A stretch of 64,000 nucleotides of DNA, taken from positions 70,816 to 134,815 of the forward strand of contig JAYTXA010000059.1 of assembly GCA_043743165.1 (NCBI GenBank), given 5' to 3'. Below, piece by piece: positions 29,943-39,031 of this stretch (positions are counted from its first letter, which is position 1; every line of letters begins with the position of its first letter). The position numbers and the translations under genes are program-made. The notes below the pieces were generated by a model that worked only from the letters and a program-made list of their open reading frames with translations, was not told the DNA's origin and did no database searches. The DNA is from Acidobacteriota bacterium. GTDB taxonomy: Bacteria > Acidobacteriota > Vicinamibacteria > Vicinamibacterales > CAVVIG01.

Positions 29943-30300
29943 GCACTGGCCACTCGCGTCGGGCAGGTCTCGACGCAGGTGAGCCGAACTCGGCACGATC
30001 GAGACGCCGATCGTGCCGGCACGATCGCCTTCGGCTGGAAGGGCGGCATCGGTACGGCGTGGCGCGTGGTGCGCGTCGCGCCTCACTGGACGGGCCAGCG
30101 GACGAGGAGCGCCGGCGTGCCGGCGACGGCTCGTGCATGATTGTCGTCGCGACCGATGCCCCTGTCGACGCGCGTGACCTGCGGCCGTACCGGCACGTCC
30201 TACAGCAACGGCAGCGGCGACTCCGCCACCGCCTTCTCGACATCGACGGCGATGCGCAGCCGCTTCAACGACTCGCGATCGCCTCCGCGCGTTGCTCTAG
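29943..30300 (+). pseudogene. decayed P1/DmpA-family (S58) aminopeptidase remnant
   Basis: Family-like peptides are scattered over two frames: AGTIAFGWKGGIGTAWRVV (from 30015), DGSCMIVVATDAPVDARDL (from 30125) and GRTGTSYSNGSGDSATAFSTS (from 30183). Total length is about 100 codons, versus roughly 350-400 aa as I recall for intact members. Confidence 0.6.
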
Positions 30301-30325
30301 GTCAGATAGCTCGCCCCCTCCACCG

Positions 30326-31552
30326 CTACGACACCGGTTCGATCTTCAGGACCGCGCCGTCGTCTTCCTCGGTCAGGACGTAGATCAGGCCGTCGGCGCC
30401 CTGACGCACGTCGCGTACGCGCTGATGCAGGTCCTCGAGCATCAGCTCACGGCGCTGCTCCCAGAGCTTGTCGTTGAACACGATGCGCTCGATATGGCCC
30501 GTGCCAGGGATGCGTCCTCGCTGGATGCTGCCGACGATGATGTTCCCCTTCCACTTCGGGAAGCGGTCGCCGGTGTAGAACAGCATGCCCGACGGGGTGA
30601 TGCCGGGGTTCCAGGTGATCCAGGCCGGCTCCATGGCGCCAGTCAGCGGCGGCATCGGCGAGCCGTCGTTGTCGCGGCCGTAGCCGTTGGTCGGCCAGCC
30701 GTAGTTGCCGCCAGCCTTCAGGATGTTGATCTTGTCGCCACCCAGAGGCCCGAGTTCCCCGTGGAAGATCTGCCCGGTCGCCGGGTTCACCGCCAGCCCG
30801 TGGTGATCGCGGTGACCCACCGTGAAGATCTCGGGCCGAGCCCCGGCCTTCCCCACGAACGGATTGTCGGCGGGTACCGTGCCGTCGTCTTTCAGGCGCA
30901 GCACCTTGCCGAAGATTGTGTCCGTGTTCATCGCGTCGGGCAGGCGCTGCGCACCGCCAACGGTGATGTAGATCAGGCCGTCGTTGCCAAACGCGATGCG
31001 CGAGCCGCCGGTGCGGACGGCGTTGCCGGCGTACAGCTCTTGCACGTTCGACAACCCGGTCCCCTCGTAGCGTCCGCGCGCCAGCGCCAGCGTGTACGTC
31101 TCGCCGCCGAGTGGCTTGTGGTAGGTGAAGTAGATCAGCCGGTTCTCGGCGAACTTCGGATGCACCGCCATGTCGAGCATGCCGGTCGTTCGCGTCGTGC
31201 GCATGACCGGCAGCCCGGTGAGCGGCGTCGGGTCGAGCACGCCGTTGCGGATGGCCAGCACCTGCCCCGTCGGTCGCACCCCAACCAGAATGTCGCCGTT
31301 CGGCAGCGGCAGCAGACCCCATGGGCGCTGGATGCCTCGCGCGATGACCGTCACCTTGATCTTCTGCTCGAACGTGTCGTATTCACGCGGCGCAGTCGGC
31401 AGCGGGAACTTTGGGGCCGCCGGGTTCGCGGCCGGCTGCGCCAGTGCAGACGGCGCGAGCGAAGCGATGAGAAGGGCGGCAAGGGCCAGCCACCTTCGGA
31501 CATACGTTGTGGTCACAGCGGTGTTCTCCAATAGCGAGGCAGTCATAATCAT
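30326..31552 (-). CDS. PQQ-dependent sugar (glucose/sorbosone) dehydrogenase family, secreted
   Basis: 408-aa ORF with signal-like RRWLALAALLIASLAPSALA, plus motifs GKVLRLKDDGTVPADNPF, FTVGHRDHHGLA and GGNYGWP. Confidence 0.85.
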   Translation of the reverse strand: MIMTASLLENTAVTTTYVRRWLALAALLIASLAPSALAQPAANPAAPKFPLPTAPREYDTFEQKIKVTVIARGIQRPWGLLPLPNGDILVGVRPTGQVLAIRNGVLDPTPLTGLPVMRTTRTTGMLDMAVHPKFAENRLIYFTYHKPLGGETYTLALARGRYEGTGLSNVQELYAGNAVRTGGSRIAFGNDGLIYITVGGAQRLPDAMNTDTIFGKVLRLKDDGTVPADNPFVGKAGARPEIFTVGHRDHHGLAVNPATGQIFHGELGPLGGDKINILKAGGNYGWPTNGYGRDNDGSPMPPLTGAMEPAWITWNPGITPSGMLFYTGDRFPKWKGNIIVGSIQRGRIPGTGHIERIVFNDKLWEQRRELMLEDLHQRVRDVRQGADGLIYVLTEEDDGAVLKIEPVS

Positions 31553-32709
31553 CGGGCCTTCTTCGCGAGCGGCACCGACTGGCCAATGAGATGGCGCGGG
31601 TCGGCATCCTTTTTCGGCGTGAGCTTCTGTGGACGGCCGAGGACATTGTCACCCGTGTAGACGTTGCCCTTCGAGTCGAGCGAGAACTGGTGCAGTTCGC
31701 CGAAGCCGCCGGGAACAGGACCGCTGGCATTCCAGGAGAACAGCCGGTTGCCCCTGGTGTCGAACTTCAGCACTTCGGCGGTCATGTTGTCCGCGACCCA
31801 GACGATCTGTTCGCCGCCCGTGCTGGTGTCGCCGGGCGCCGGCTCGGTCACCTGCACGTGGTTCGGAAAGCGGATGTTCGGCCAGTTGGCCAGGTGCGTC
31901 CCCTTCGAGTCGAACACCTGCACCCGCTTGTTCAGGCGATCGGCGACGTAGACACGGCCGTTGCGGTCGACGTCGATGCCGTGCACTGCATTGAACTGGC
32001 CGTCGCCCGTGCCGTGTCCGCCCCAGGAAGTGACGTACTTGCCGCTGCGGTCGAGCTTCACGATACGCGCGTTCGTCAGGCCGTCTGCCACGAGCACACT
32101 GCCGTCCGGGAGGAACGCCAGGTCTTGCGGTTTGCCGAAGTGGCTGTCATCGTCGGCCGTCGCCCACTCCACGCCCAGCGTCTGCAGCAACTGCGTGCCG
32201 TCGTTCGAGAAGACGTAGATGACGTTCTTGGTCTCGCCGACGACCCAGACGCGACGCTTCGGGTCGTAGGGGCTGATCTTGATTTTGTGCGGTCCGTTGG
32301 TCCCCTGGAACAACTTGTCCCACTGCGACCAGATCTCCAGCACCTTGCCGCTGCTGTCGACCACGCGGAGGCACCCGCGGACTTCGTTCTCGGGCGCATT
32401 CAGCGCGGAGCGAATCGTGCCGAAGAAACCGAGGAAGCCGGCCGGCAGCGGTGTCGGTAGCTTGATTTCCCCTCGGCTGGCAATGAAGATGCGGTCGTCG
32501 GACTCGACGAAGATGCCGGGCACCGACCCCCACGCATAGCCCTCCCGCGGGTACGGCAGCGACCAACTGGGCACGACGTCGTAGTCGAACGGTTCCATCT
32601 TCTCGAGCACGGCGAACGGCCGCGGCGCCTGCTGGGTGGACACGGATGCCCCCAGCGCGATGGTCAGGGCCACCGCTCCGCCAATCGATCTCCACGTCAT
32701 GTCACTCAC
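31549..32709 (-). CDS. NHL-repeat six-bladed beta-propeller protein (PAL-like), secreted
   Basis: 386-aa ORF with a signal peptide. Repeats include FGKPQDLAFLPDGSVLVADGLTNARIVKLD, GQFNAVHGIDVDRNGRVYVADRLNKRVQVFD and ELHQFSLDSKGNVYTGD. Confidence 0.75.
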   Translation of the reverse strand: MSDMTWRSIGGAVALTIALGASVSTQQAPRPFAVLEKMEPFDYDVVPSWSLPYPREGYAWGSVPGIFVESDDRIFIASRGEIKLPTPLPAGFLGFFGTIRSALNAPENEVRGCLRVVDSSGKVLEIWSQWDKLFQGTNGPHKIKISPYDPKRRVWVVGETKNVIYVFSNDGTQLLQTLGVEWATADDDSHFGKPQDLAFLPDGSVLVADGLTNARIVKLDRSGKYVTSWGGHGTGDGQFNAVHGIDVDRNGRVYVADRLNKRVQVFDSKGTHLANWPNIRFPNHVQVTEPAPGDTSTGGEQIVWVADNMTAEVLKFDTRGNRLFSWNASGPVPGGFGELHQFSLDSKGNVYTGDNVLGRPQKLTPKKDADPRHLIGQSVPLAKKAR

Positions 32710-32790
32710 TCCTGTTGAACGAACGCCTCAGGTCACGCGGTTATAGCATGCCCCTTCCCGCGACACGGTCGCGGCGGCGACAATAGGCAC

Positions 32791-33516
32791 GTGGAAGAGA
32801 CGAAGCGACCGCTCAAGACGCTCGAACGTGTGATCTCGAAGTCCGGCCTCGGCTCGCGCACCGAGGCGCGCCGGTGGATTCACCAGCGGCGTGTCAGCGT
32901 GAACGGGGTCGTGGTCGAGAACCCCGACACATGGGTGGACCTCGAGCGCGACCGCGTCCTGTTCGACGGCGAGCCGCTCGAGCGACGCGAGCGCGTCTAC
33001 ATCCTGCTCTACAAGCCCACCGGCTACATCACCACCTACAAGGACCCGGACGGCCGCCCCACCGTCTACGAACTCCTTCCCGACGTCGACAGCTTCATCT
33101 ACCCGGTCGGCCGACTCGATCTCGACACGTCGGGCCTTCTGCTGATGACCAACGACTCGCAGTTGGCCGAGCGCATCATGAACCCCGATTCGCACGTGCC
33201 GAAGACCTACCTGGTGAAGGCCTCGAAGCTGCTCTCGGACGAGCAACTCCAGCAGTTGCGCGACGGCATCCTGCTGGCCGACGGTCCAACGCGGCCGGCG
33301 CGCGTCGAGCGCCTGCGCGACTCGGGCAAGTACTCGCACTTCGAGATCACGCTCACCGAAGGCAGGAACCGGCAGGTGCGACGGATGGTGGAAGCGCTCG
33401 ATGCGGTGGCGCTGAAACTGGTACGGGTGCAGATCGGCGCGCTCCGCATCGGCGCACTGCCGATCGGCCGCTGGCGTCATCTCACACCCGACGAAGTGCT
33501 CGCGCTCGGCGCCTGA
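32791..33516 (+). CDS. pseudouridine synthase, RsuA/RluB/E/F family
   Basis: 241-aa ORF (GTG start) with an S4 domain followed by the catalytic VGRLDLDTSGLLLMTND motif. Confidence 0.85.
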   Translation: MEETKRPLKTLERVISKSGLGSRTEARRWIHQRRVSVNGVVVENPDTWVDLERDRVLFDGEPLERRERVYILLYKPTGYITTYKDPDGRPTVYELLPDVDSFIYPVGRLDLDTSGLLLMTNDSQLAERIMNPDSHVPKTYLVKASKLLSDEQLQQLRDGILLADGPTRPARVERLRDSGKYSHFEITLTEGRNRQVRRMVEALDAVALKLVRVQIGALRIGALPIGRWRHLTPDEVLALGA

Positions 33517-33530
33517 CGCCGCTCTGCCAG

Positions 33531-34232
33531 CTATCCCTTGGGATTGAAACGATAACCGACCCAGGGTTCCGTCACCAGGTAGCGCGGGTTCGACGGATCC
33601 GGTTCCAGCTTCTTGCGCAGCTGTCCCATGAACACACGCAGGTATTCGGGCTGTTCCTGCGACGCCTGCCCCCACACCGCTTCGAGCAGTGCGGCGTGCG
33701 TCAGCACGCGGCTCGGGTGGCGCGCCATATAGACGAACAGGTCGAACTCCTTCGGCGTCAGGCGCACTTCGCGTCCCTGCGTGTGCACGCGACGCGCGTC
33801 CATGTCGACGCGGAAGTCGCCCGCCTCGAATGACGACGGCTCGTCCACGGCTGGTGTGCCACGGCGGCGCAGGGCGGCGCGCACGCGCGCCATCAACTCG
33901 TCGATCCCGAACGGCTTGGTCACGTAGTCGTCGGCGCCCGAGTCGAGCGCTTCTACCTTGCTGCGCTCCTCGCCCTTCACCGACAGGACGATGATCGGCA
34001 CCGTCGACGTCTCGCGAATGCGCCGGCATAGTTCCACGCCGTCCATGTGCGGCATGTAGAGATCGGTGATGACCAGTTCGGGCTGGAACTCCCGGAAATC
34101 GACCAGCGCGCGCTCACCCTCGGGGGCGGTGCGCACGTCGTAGCCCTGGCTGCTGAGGACGGTCTTCAGCACCCGCGTGATCTGGGGTTCATCGTCGACG
34201 ACAAGCACTCGCGAGCTCTCTGCGCGGTTCAT
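33531..34232 (-). CDS. OmpR/KdpE-like response regulator
   Basis: ATG 34232 (MNRAESSRVLVVDDEPQI...). The receiver has D-D-K residues (ITDLYMPHMDG) and there is a winged-helix C-terminus (LTPKEFDLF..., GYRF). Confidence 0.9.
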   Translation of the reverse strand: MNRAESSRVLVVDDEPQITRVLKTVLSSQGYDVRTAPEGERALVDFREFQPELVITDLYMPHMDGVELCRRIRETSTVPIIVLSVKGEERSKVEALDSGADDYVTKPFGIDELMARVRAALRRRGTPAVDEPSSFEAGDFRVDMDARRVHTQGREVRLTPKEFDLFVYMARHPSRVLTHAALLEAVWGQASQEQPEYLRVFMGQLRKKLEPDPSNPRYLVTEPWVGYRFNPKG

Positions 34233-34243
34233 GAATGGATCTC

Positions 34244-35431
34244 CTATGCGCGAAGCGCGATCTGCGCCTGCATGTTCTCTGTCAACGTCTCGGTCGCCAC
34301 GCACGGCAGCGTGAGCACAACGGCGGTGCCTCGTCCCGAAGCTGGGGTCTCGATGCCAATCTGTCCGGCCTGTGATTCGACGAGGCGCCTCGCAATCGGC
34401 AGTCCGAGGCCGATGCCGGTTCGCTGCGGGTCGACCGACTCCCGTCCCGGTATGCGGAAGAACTTCTTGAAGACCTGCTCGCGCAACTCCGGCGCGATGC
34501 CCGGGCCCTCGTCCTCGACCGTGATGCAGACGTGGTGCGGGTCGGCGACGCGTGCGCTGACGCGAATCGTCGTGCCGAGCGGCGCGTACTTGCTGGCGTT
34601 GTCGATGAGCGTGTAGAGCACCTCGCCGATTGCCGAGCGGTCGACGGCTAACTGCGGCAGGTCCGGCGGCAGCTCGGTTACCACGTGGTGCCGGCGCGCC
34701 ACCGTTTCGGCTCGCGCCACCGACTCGCGCACCACCTGCTCGACGGACACGGCGCGGAAGCTGCTCGGCTGGCTCGGGTCGGGCCGGTCGGCCACGGTCA
34801 GCCCTTCGATGAACCGGTTCAAGCGATCCGATTCCTCGTCGATGACTACCAGCAGATCCCTGCGGCTCGCACTCGAGAGCGCCGACGCATCGATCTCGTC
34901 GGAGCCGAGCATCGCCGTGACTGACGCCTTGATCGCGGTGAGCGGCGTGCGCAGGTTGTGGGTGAGCGCATCGAGCAGCGCCGCCTTCAACTGCTCGTTA
35001 CGCCGCGCCGCCTCGGCCTCGCTCGCCCGCTCGAACGCCGCACCGAGCTGTGTGTAGAGCTCTTCGATCTCCCGCTTCCCGTCCTCGAGCTCCATCTGCC
35101 GCCGTTCCGCGCGCGCCGCGAGTTCCCCGACGACCACCGCCGTGATGGTGAAGACGCCGAAAGCCACCCAGTCGTTGATGTCTTCGATGAAAAGACCGGC
35201 GGGAGGCAGGAAGTAGAACGAGAAGGCGATGCCCGAACACGCCGCGGCCATCAACGCGGGTCCCGTCCCCAGTTCGCGCGCAACCAGCAGCACGGCGAGA
35301 AGCAGGACCGGGGCGGCCGCACCGGTCGTGATCGCCGGAATGGCGAACAGCAGCTCAGCGCAGACACCGATCACCGCGATCGGGATCAGGTATGCGACGA
35401 AACGAGCCTGTGGCGACGCCCTGCGGAACAC
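34244..35431 (-). CDS. KdpD C-terminal-type sensor histidine kinase (no N-terminal KdpD/Usp module)
   Basis: 395-aa ORF with a four-TM DUF4118-like segment, an H-box LTHNLRTPLTAI, and an ATPase domain (DNASKYAP, EDEGPGI, GIGLGL). Confidence 0.85.
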   Translation of the reverse strand: MFRRASPQARFVAYLIPIAVIGVCAELLFAIPAITTGAAAPVLLLAVLLVARELGTGPALMAAACSGIAFSFYFLPPAGLFIEDINDWVAFGVFTITAVVVGELAARAERRQMELEDGKREIEELYTQLGAAFERASEAEAARRNEQLKAALLDALTHNLRTPLTAIKASVTAMLGSDEIDASALSSASRRDLLVVIDEESDRLNRFIEGLTVADRPDPSQPSSFRAVSVEQVVRESVARAETVARRHHVVTELPPDLPQLAVDRSAIGEVLYTLIDNASKYAPLGTTIRVSARVADPHHVCITVEDEGPGIAPELREQVFKKFFRIPGRESVDPQRTGIGLGLPIARRLVESQAGQIGIETPASGRGTAVVLTLPCVATETLTENMQAQIALRA

Positions 35432-35521
35432 GTACGGCCATTATAGGACTCGGGCGTGGCCGAGTTCCTCATCATGGTTTCTTGATATGGGTCTTGCCGA
35501 CGACTGCGTGCTGGTGTCGCT

Positions 35522-35539
35522 GCGGACCTTCAGGTCCGC
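35522..35539. repeat. REP-like palindromic intergenic element, copy 3
   Basis: GCGGACCTTCAGGTCCGC is a perfect 8-bp stem with a 2-nt loop, immediately after the deoC stop. It shares 15 of its 18 nt in a row with copy 1. Confidence 0.65.
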
Positions 35540-35540
35540 C

Positions 35541-36413
35541 TCAGTAGCCGGACGAGGTGGCGGTTGGCTTCTCGCCTCGGGCCTGCTGCACGATCTTCAC
35601 CCCGGCACTGGCGCCGACCCGCGTGGCGCCGGCTGCCACCATGGCCTTGAGGCCGTCGAGATCGCGTACGCCTCCAGCGGCCTTCACGCCCATCTCGGCC
35701 CCGACCACGCGGCGCATCAACGCCACGTCGGTCGCCGTGGCGCCGCCAGGGCCGAAGCCGGTGGAGGTCTTCACGTAGTCGGCGCCGGCCGCCTTGGCGA
35801 GCGTGCACGCCGTCACCTTCTCGTCGTCGGTCAGCAGCGCCGCCTCGATGATCACCTTGCTCAGTACTCCGCACTCGCGACACGTGGACGCCACCGCCTC
35901 GATGTCGCGCTCGACGACGCGCAGGTCACCGGACTTGAGGGCGCCAACATTGATCACCATGTCGATCTCGCGCGCGCCGTCGAAGATGGCGCGACGCGTC
36001 TCGTACGCCTTCACGTCGCTGGTGGTGGCGCCGAGCGGAAAGCCGACGACCGAACAAACACCGACGCCGCTGCCAGCCAGCAGGCGGGCGGCCGTGGCCA
36101 CCCAGGCCGGGTTCACGCAGACGGTGGCGAACTTGAACTGCGACGCCTCGCGGCACAGGTGCTCGATCTCCTGCCGCGTCGCGTCGGCCTTCAGCAGCGT
36201 GTGGTCGATCATCGAGGCCACGCCCTCAGGAGCACCGCCCGTGGCGAGCACGCCAACGCGGGTCGCGCCCGCTTCAATCACGCCCTGCAGTCGATTCGGA
36301 CAGCACTCGGCCGTCACCGAGTGGCACGCGCAGCGCGCGGCACGTGGCGTCTGGGCCGCCGACAGCTCGGAGACGATGAGGGTGATGAGTCGCTGCAGTT
36401 CGTCGCGTGTCAC
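35541..36413 (-). CDS. deoC: deoxyribose-phosphate aldolase with ~70-aa N-terminal extension
   Basis: The core is [22 protein letters not shown]...VKTSTGF...VKAAGGVR. The extension is [21 protein letters not shown]...[15 protein letters not shown]. Confidence 0.85.
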   Translation of the reverse strand: MTRDELQRLITLIVSELSAAQTPRAARCACHSVTAECCPNRLQGVIEAGATRVGVLATGGAPEGVASMIDHTLLKADATRQEIEHLCREASQFKFATVCVNPAWVATAARLLAGSGVGVCSVVGFPLGATTSDVKAYETRRAIFDGAREIDMVINVGALKSGDLRVVERDIEAVASTCRECGVLSKVIIEAALLTDDEKVTACTLAKAAGADYVKTSTGFGPGGATATDVALMRRVVGAEMGVKAAGGVRDLDGLKAMVAAGATRVGASAGVKIVQQARGEKPTATSSGY

Positions 36414-36414
36414 G

Positions 36415-37047
36415 TCAGCTCCGTCGTTCCAGGTCGCGGATCTTGGTCAGGCGCCGGATGTAGCGCGGCTCGCGCATGGCGGTCGATATCCAGGTGGTGA
36501 CGATGGCCTTTGCCTCGTCCACACTGAGCAGCGACGCGCCTAGCGCCAGCACGTTCGCGCCGTTGTGCTCGCGCGAGTAGCGCGCAATGGTTTCCGTGGT
36601 GGCCATGACGGCGCGGACGCCGTCGATCTTGTTCGCGGCGATCGCCGAGCCGATGCCTGCTCCGTCGATCACGATACCGGCGTCGGCCTCGCCGCGTGCC
36701 ACCGGACGCGCCACCGATGCGGCCACGTCCGGGTAGTCGACCGATACCGTGGAGTCGGTGCCGAGATCGAGCACGGTCAGGCCCCGGCCGCGCAGGAACG
36801 TGATGAGGGCGCGGCGCAGGGCGATGCCGGTGTGATCGCTTGCCACGGCCATCACCCTGATGTCGGCCGTCGGCACGAGCGCGTTCGCATCCGCCGGCGC
36901 CTCGGTGTCGAGCACTACGGCGATGCGCCGTTCGCGGAGCGTGTCCTGGGCTAGCGGCGTAATGTGCCCGTGCCGAGCCAGTTGCACCGGCTCGCCCGCG
37001 GGCAGGACGCGGGCGTCAGCCTCGGTGATGAACGCAAATCGCTTCAC
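36415..37047 (-). CDS. rpiB: RpiB/LacA/LacB-family sugar-phosphate isomerase with N- and C-terminal extensions
   Basis: GTG start. The core is [34 protein letters not shown]...[17 protein letters not shown]...ALGA. There is an extra ~60 aa at the N-terminus and a basic tail [19 protein letters not shown]. Confidence 0.8.
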   Translation of the reverse strand: MKRFAFITEADARVLPAGEPVQLARHGHITPLAQDTLRERRIAVVLDTEAPADANALVPTADIRVMAVASDHTGIALRRALITFLRGRGLTVLDLGTDSTVSVDYPDVAASVARPVARGEADAGIVIDGAGIGSAIAANKIDGVRAVMATTETIARYSREHNGANVLALGASLLSVDEAKAIVTTWISTAMREPRYIRRLTKIRDLERRS

Positions 37048-37076
37048 AGGGTGCCCCGGAGTATCATGCAGAATCC

Positions 37077-37601
37077 ATGGTCGACCGTCGCCCGTCCAAC
37101 GTCCTGATTTCCGCCGAACAGCTCGAGAGCCGCGTCGCCGAACTGGCCGCGCAGATCCGAGCCGACTACCCCGAGAACCTGCACATCATCGCGGTGCTGA
37201 AGGGGGCGTTCATGTTCATGTCGGACCTGGTCCGTCATATGGACGGCAGCGTCTCGATGGACTTCATGGCCCTGTCCAGCTACGCAAAGGGCACGACGAC
37301 GTCCGGCGAAGTGCGGCTGCTGAAGGACCTGGATACCTCGCTCGACGGCAAGGATGTGCTCATCGTCGAGGACATCGTCGACACCGGGCTGACGCTCACC
37401 TACCTGCAGGAGATCCTGCGGGCGCGCAATCCACGCACGCTGCGCACGGCGTGCCTGCTGAGCAAGCCGTCGCGCCGCAAGGTGGAGGTGACGGTGGAAT
37501 ACGTCGGTTTCACCATCGACGATCACTTCGTCGTCGGCTACGGCCTCGACTACGCCGAGCAGTACCGCAACCTGCCGTACATCGGCCTGATCGAAACCTA
37601 G
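37077..37601 (+). CDS. hpt: hypoxanthine phosphoribosyltransferase
   Basis: 174-aa ORF with PRPP-binding loop VLIVEDIVDTGLTL and the VVGYGLDYAEQYRNLPYI tail. Confidence 0.93.
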   Translation: MVDRRPSNVLISAEQLESRVAELAAQIRADYPENLHIIAVLKGAFMFMSDLVRHMDGSVSMDFMALSSYAKGTTTSGEVRLLKDLDTSLDGKDVLIVEDIVDTGLTLTYLQEILRARNPRTLRTACLLSKPSRRKVEVTVEYVGFTIDDHFVVGYGLDYAEQYRNLPYIGLIET

Positions 37602-37612
37602 CGCGCGTCCCC

Positions 37613-39004
37613 TCACTGGACGGCGTCCCGCACCTTCTGCGCCAGCGCCTTCGCCTGCGCCAGCACCTCGGCTTCGTTCAGCGTGCTCAGGCGACGATCG
37701 CGCATCAGCACCTTCCCGTTCACGATGGTGTTCCGCACATCGTCGCCGCGCGTGACGTAGACCAGGTGCGACACCGCGTCGTACATCGGCACCTGCCGGG
37801 CGGCACTCATCGACACCGTAATCAGGTCGGCGCGCTTGCCCGGCTCGAGCGAGCCGATGAGCGCGTCCATGCCAAGCGCCCTGGCGCCGTTGATGGTGGC
37901 CATGTCCAGCGCCACCTGCGCCGGCACCGCCGTCGGGTTGCCGGAGGACAGCTTCGCCAGGAACGAGGCCTGGCGCATCGCCTCGAACATGTCGAGGTCG
38001 TTGTTGCTCGCGGCCCCGTCGGTGCCGAGCGCCAGGTTGACGCCGGCCGCCAGGTACTTCAGCACCGGCGCGGCGCCGCTGGCGAGCTTCATATTGCTCT
38101 CGGGGTTGTGCGAGATGCCGACGTTGTGCTTCTTCAGGATGGCGATGTCGTCGTCGGTCACCCAGATGCCGTGGGCCGCCACCGTCTTCGGCCCCCAGAA
38201 ACCGAGCGACTCCAGGTAGCCGGCCGGCGTGCTCTGGTGCTCGTCGCGCGCCGTCTTTACCTCGTCCTGCGTTTCGGCCAGGTGGATGAGCACCGGCACG
38301 TTGTACTTGCGGCCGAGCGCCGCCGTGGCCTGCAGCGTGGCGGCATCGAGCGTGTACATCGCGTGCGGCGCCACGGCGGGGACGATGAGCGGGTCGTTCC
38401 GGTACTGCTGGATGAAGGCTTCGGCGCGCGCCAGCCCCTCGGCCGGCGTCTTGGCGTCGGCTACCGGAAACTGGATGACCGTCTGGCCGAGGACACCACG
38501 CAGGCCCACTTCCTTCGTGGCCTTCGCGACCTGGTCCTCGAAGTAATACATGTCGGTGTAGGTCGTCGTGCCCGACTGGATCATCTCGAGCGCGGCCAGC
38601 CGCGTCCCGGTGCGGACGAAGTCGGGCGACACCGTCTTCGCCTCGGCCGGGAAGATGTACTTCTGCAGCCAGTCCATCAGCGCCAGGTCGTCGGCGAGGC
38701 CGCGGAACATCACCATCGCCGCGTGCGTGTGGGTGTTGATCAGGCCGGGCAGGACGATCTGGTCGCGCGCGTCGATCGTCTGCGCGGCGCTGTAGCGCGC
38801 CGCGATCTCGGCGGGAGTGCCGACCTCGACGATGTCGGTGCCGTTGATGGCGACCGCACCGGGCGACAGCACTTGGCGCGTGTCGTTCTCGGTGAGGACC
38901 GTGCCGCCGATCACCACCAGCGACACCGCGCGTCTGGCTCCCTGCGCCGACGCGACGACCGTCGCGGCCACCAGCGCCAGAACGACCGCGAGAGATGCAC
39001 GCAT
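37613..39004 (-). CDS. amidohydrolase (MtaD/SsnA-like deaminase family) with signal peptide
   Basis: ATG 39004 (MRASLAVVLALVAATVVASAQG) lies within the over-long track ORF 37613..39787. Metal-binding motifs are INTHTHAAM, HLAET and GTDGAASNNDLDM. Confidence 0.85.
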   Translation of the reverse strand: MRASLAVVLALVAATVVASAQGARRAVSLVVIGGTVLTENDTRQVLSPGAVAINGTDIVEVGTPAEIAARYSAAQTIDARDQIVLPGLINTHTHAAMVMFRGLADDLALMDWLQKYIFPAEAKTVSPDFVRTGTRLAALEMIQSGTTTYTDMYYFEDQVAKATKEVGLRGVLGQTVIQFPVADAKTPAEGLARAEAFIQQYRNDPLIVPAVAPHAMYTLDAATLQATAALGRKYNVPVLIHLAETQDEVKTARDEHQSTPAGYLESLGFWGPKTVAAHGIWVTDDDIAILKKHNVGISHNPESNMKLASGAAPVLKYLAAGVNLALGTDGAASNNDLDMFEAMRQASFLAKLSSGNPTAVPAQVALDMATINGARALGMDALIGSLEPGKRADLITVSMSAARQVPMYDAVSHLVYVTRGDDVRNTIVNGKVLMRDRRLSTLNEAEVLAQAKALAQKVRDAVQ

Positions 39005-39031
39005 ACGGGGGAAATTGTATAGTGTGGGACC

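Noticed and set aside
30059-31534. 491-aa plus-strand ORF
   Set aside because: It is antisense to the PQQ-dependent dehydrogenase gene. Its 5' part crosses the DmpA remnant in the wrong frame.
36860-39022. 720-aa plus-strand ORF spanning the rpiB start, hpt and the amidohydrolase region
   Set aside because: Arg/Gly/His/Pro-rich low-complexity translation with no family motifs. It lies in a different frame from hpt and antisense to the amidohydrolase, and both of those have clear signatures. This is a typical shadow ORF of high-GC DNA.
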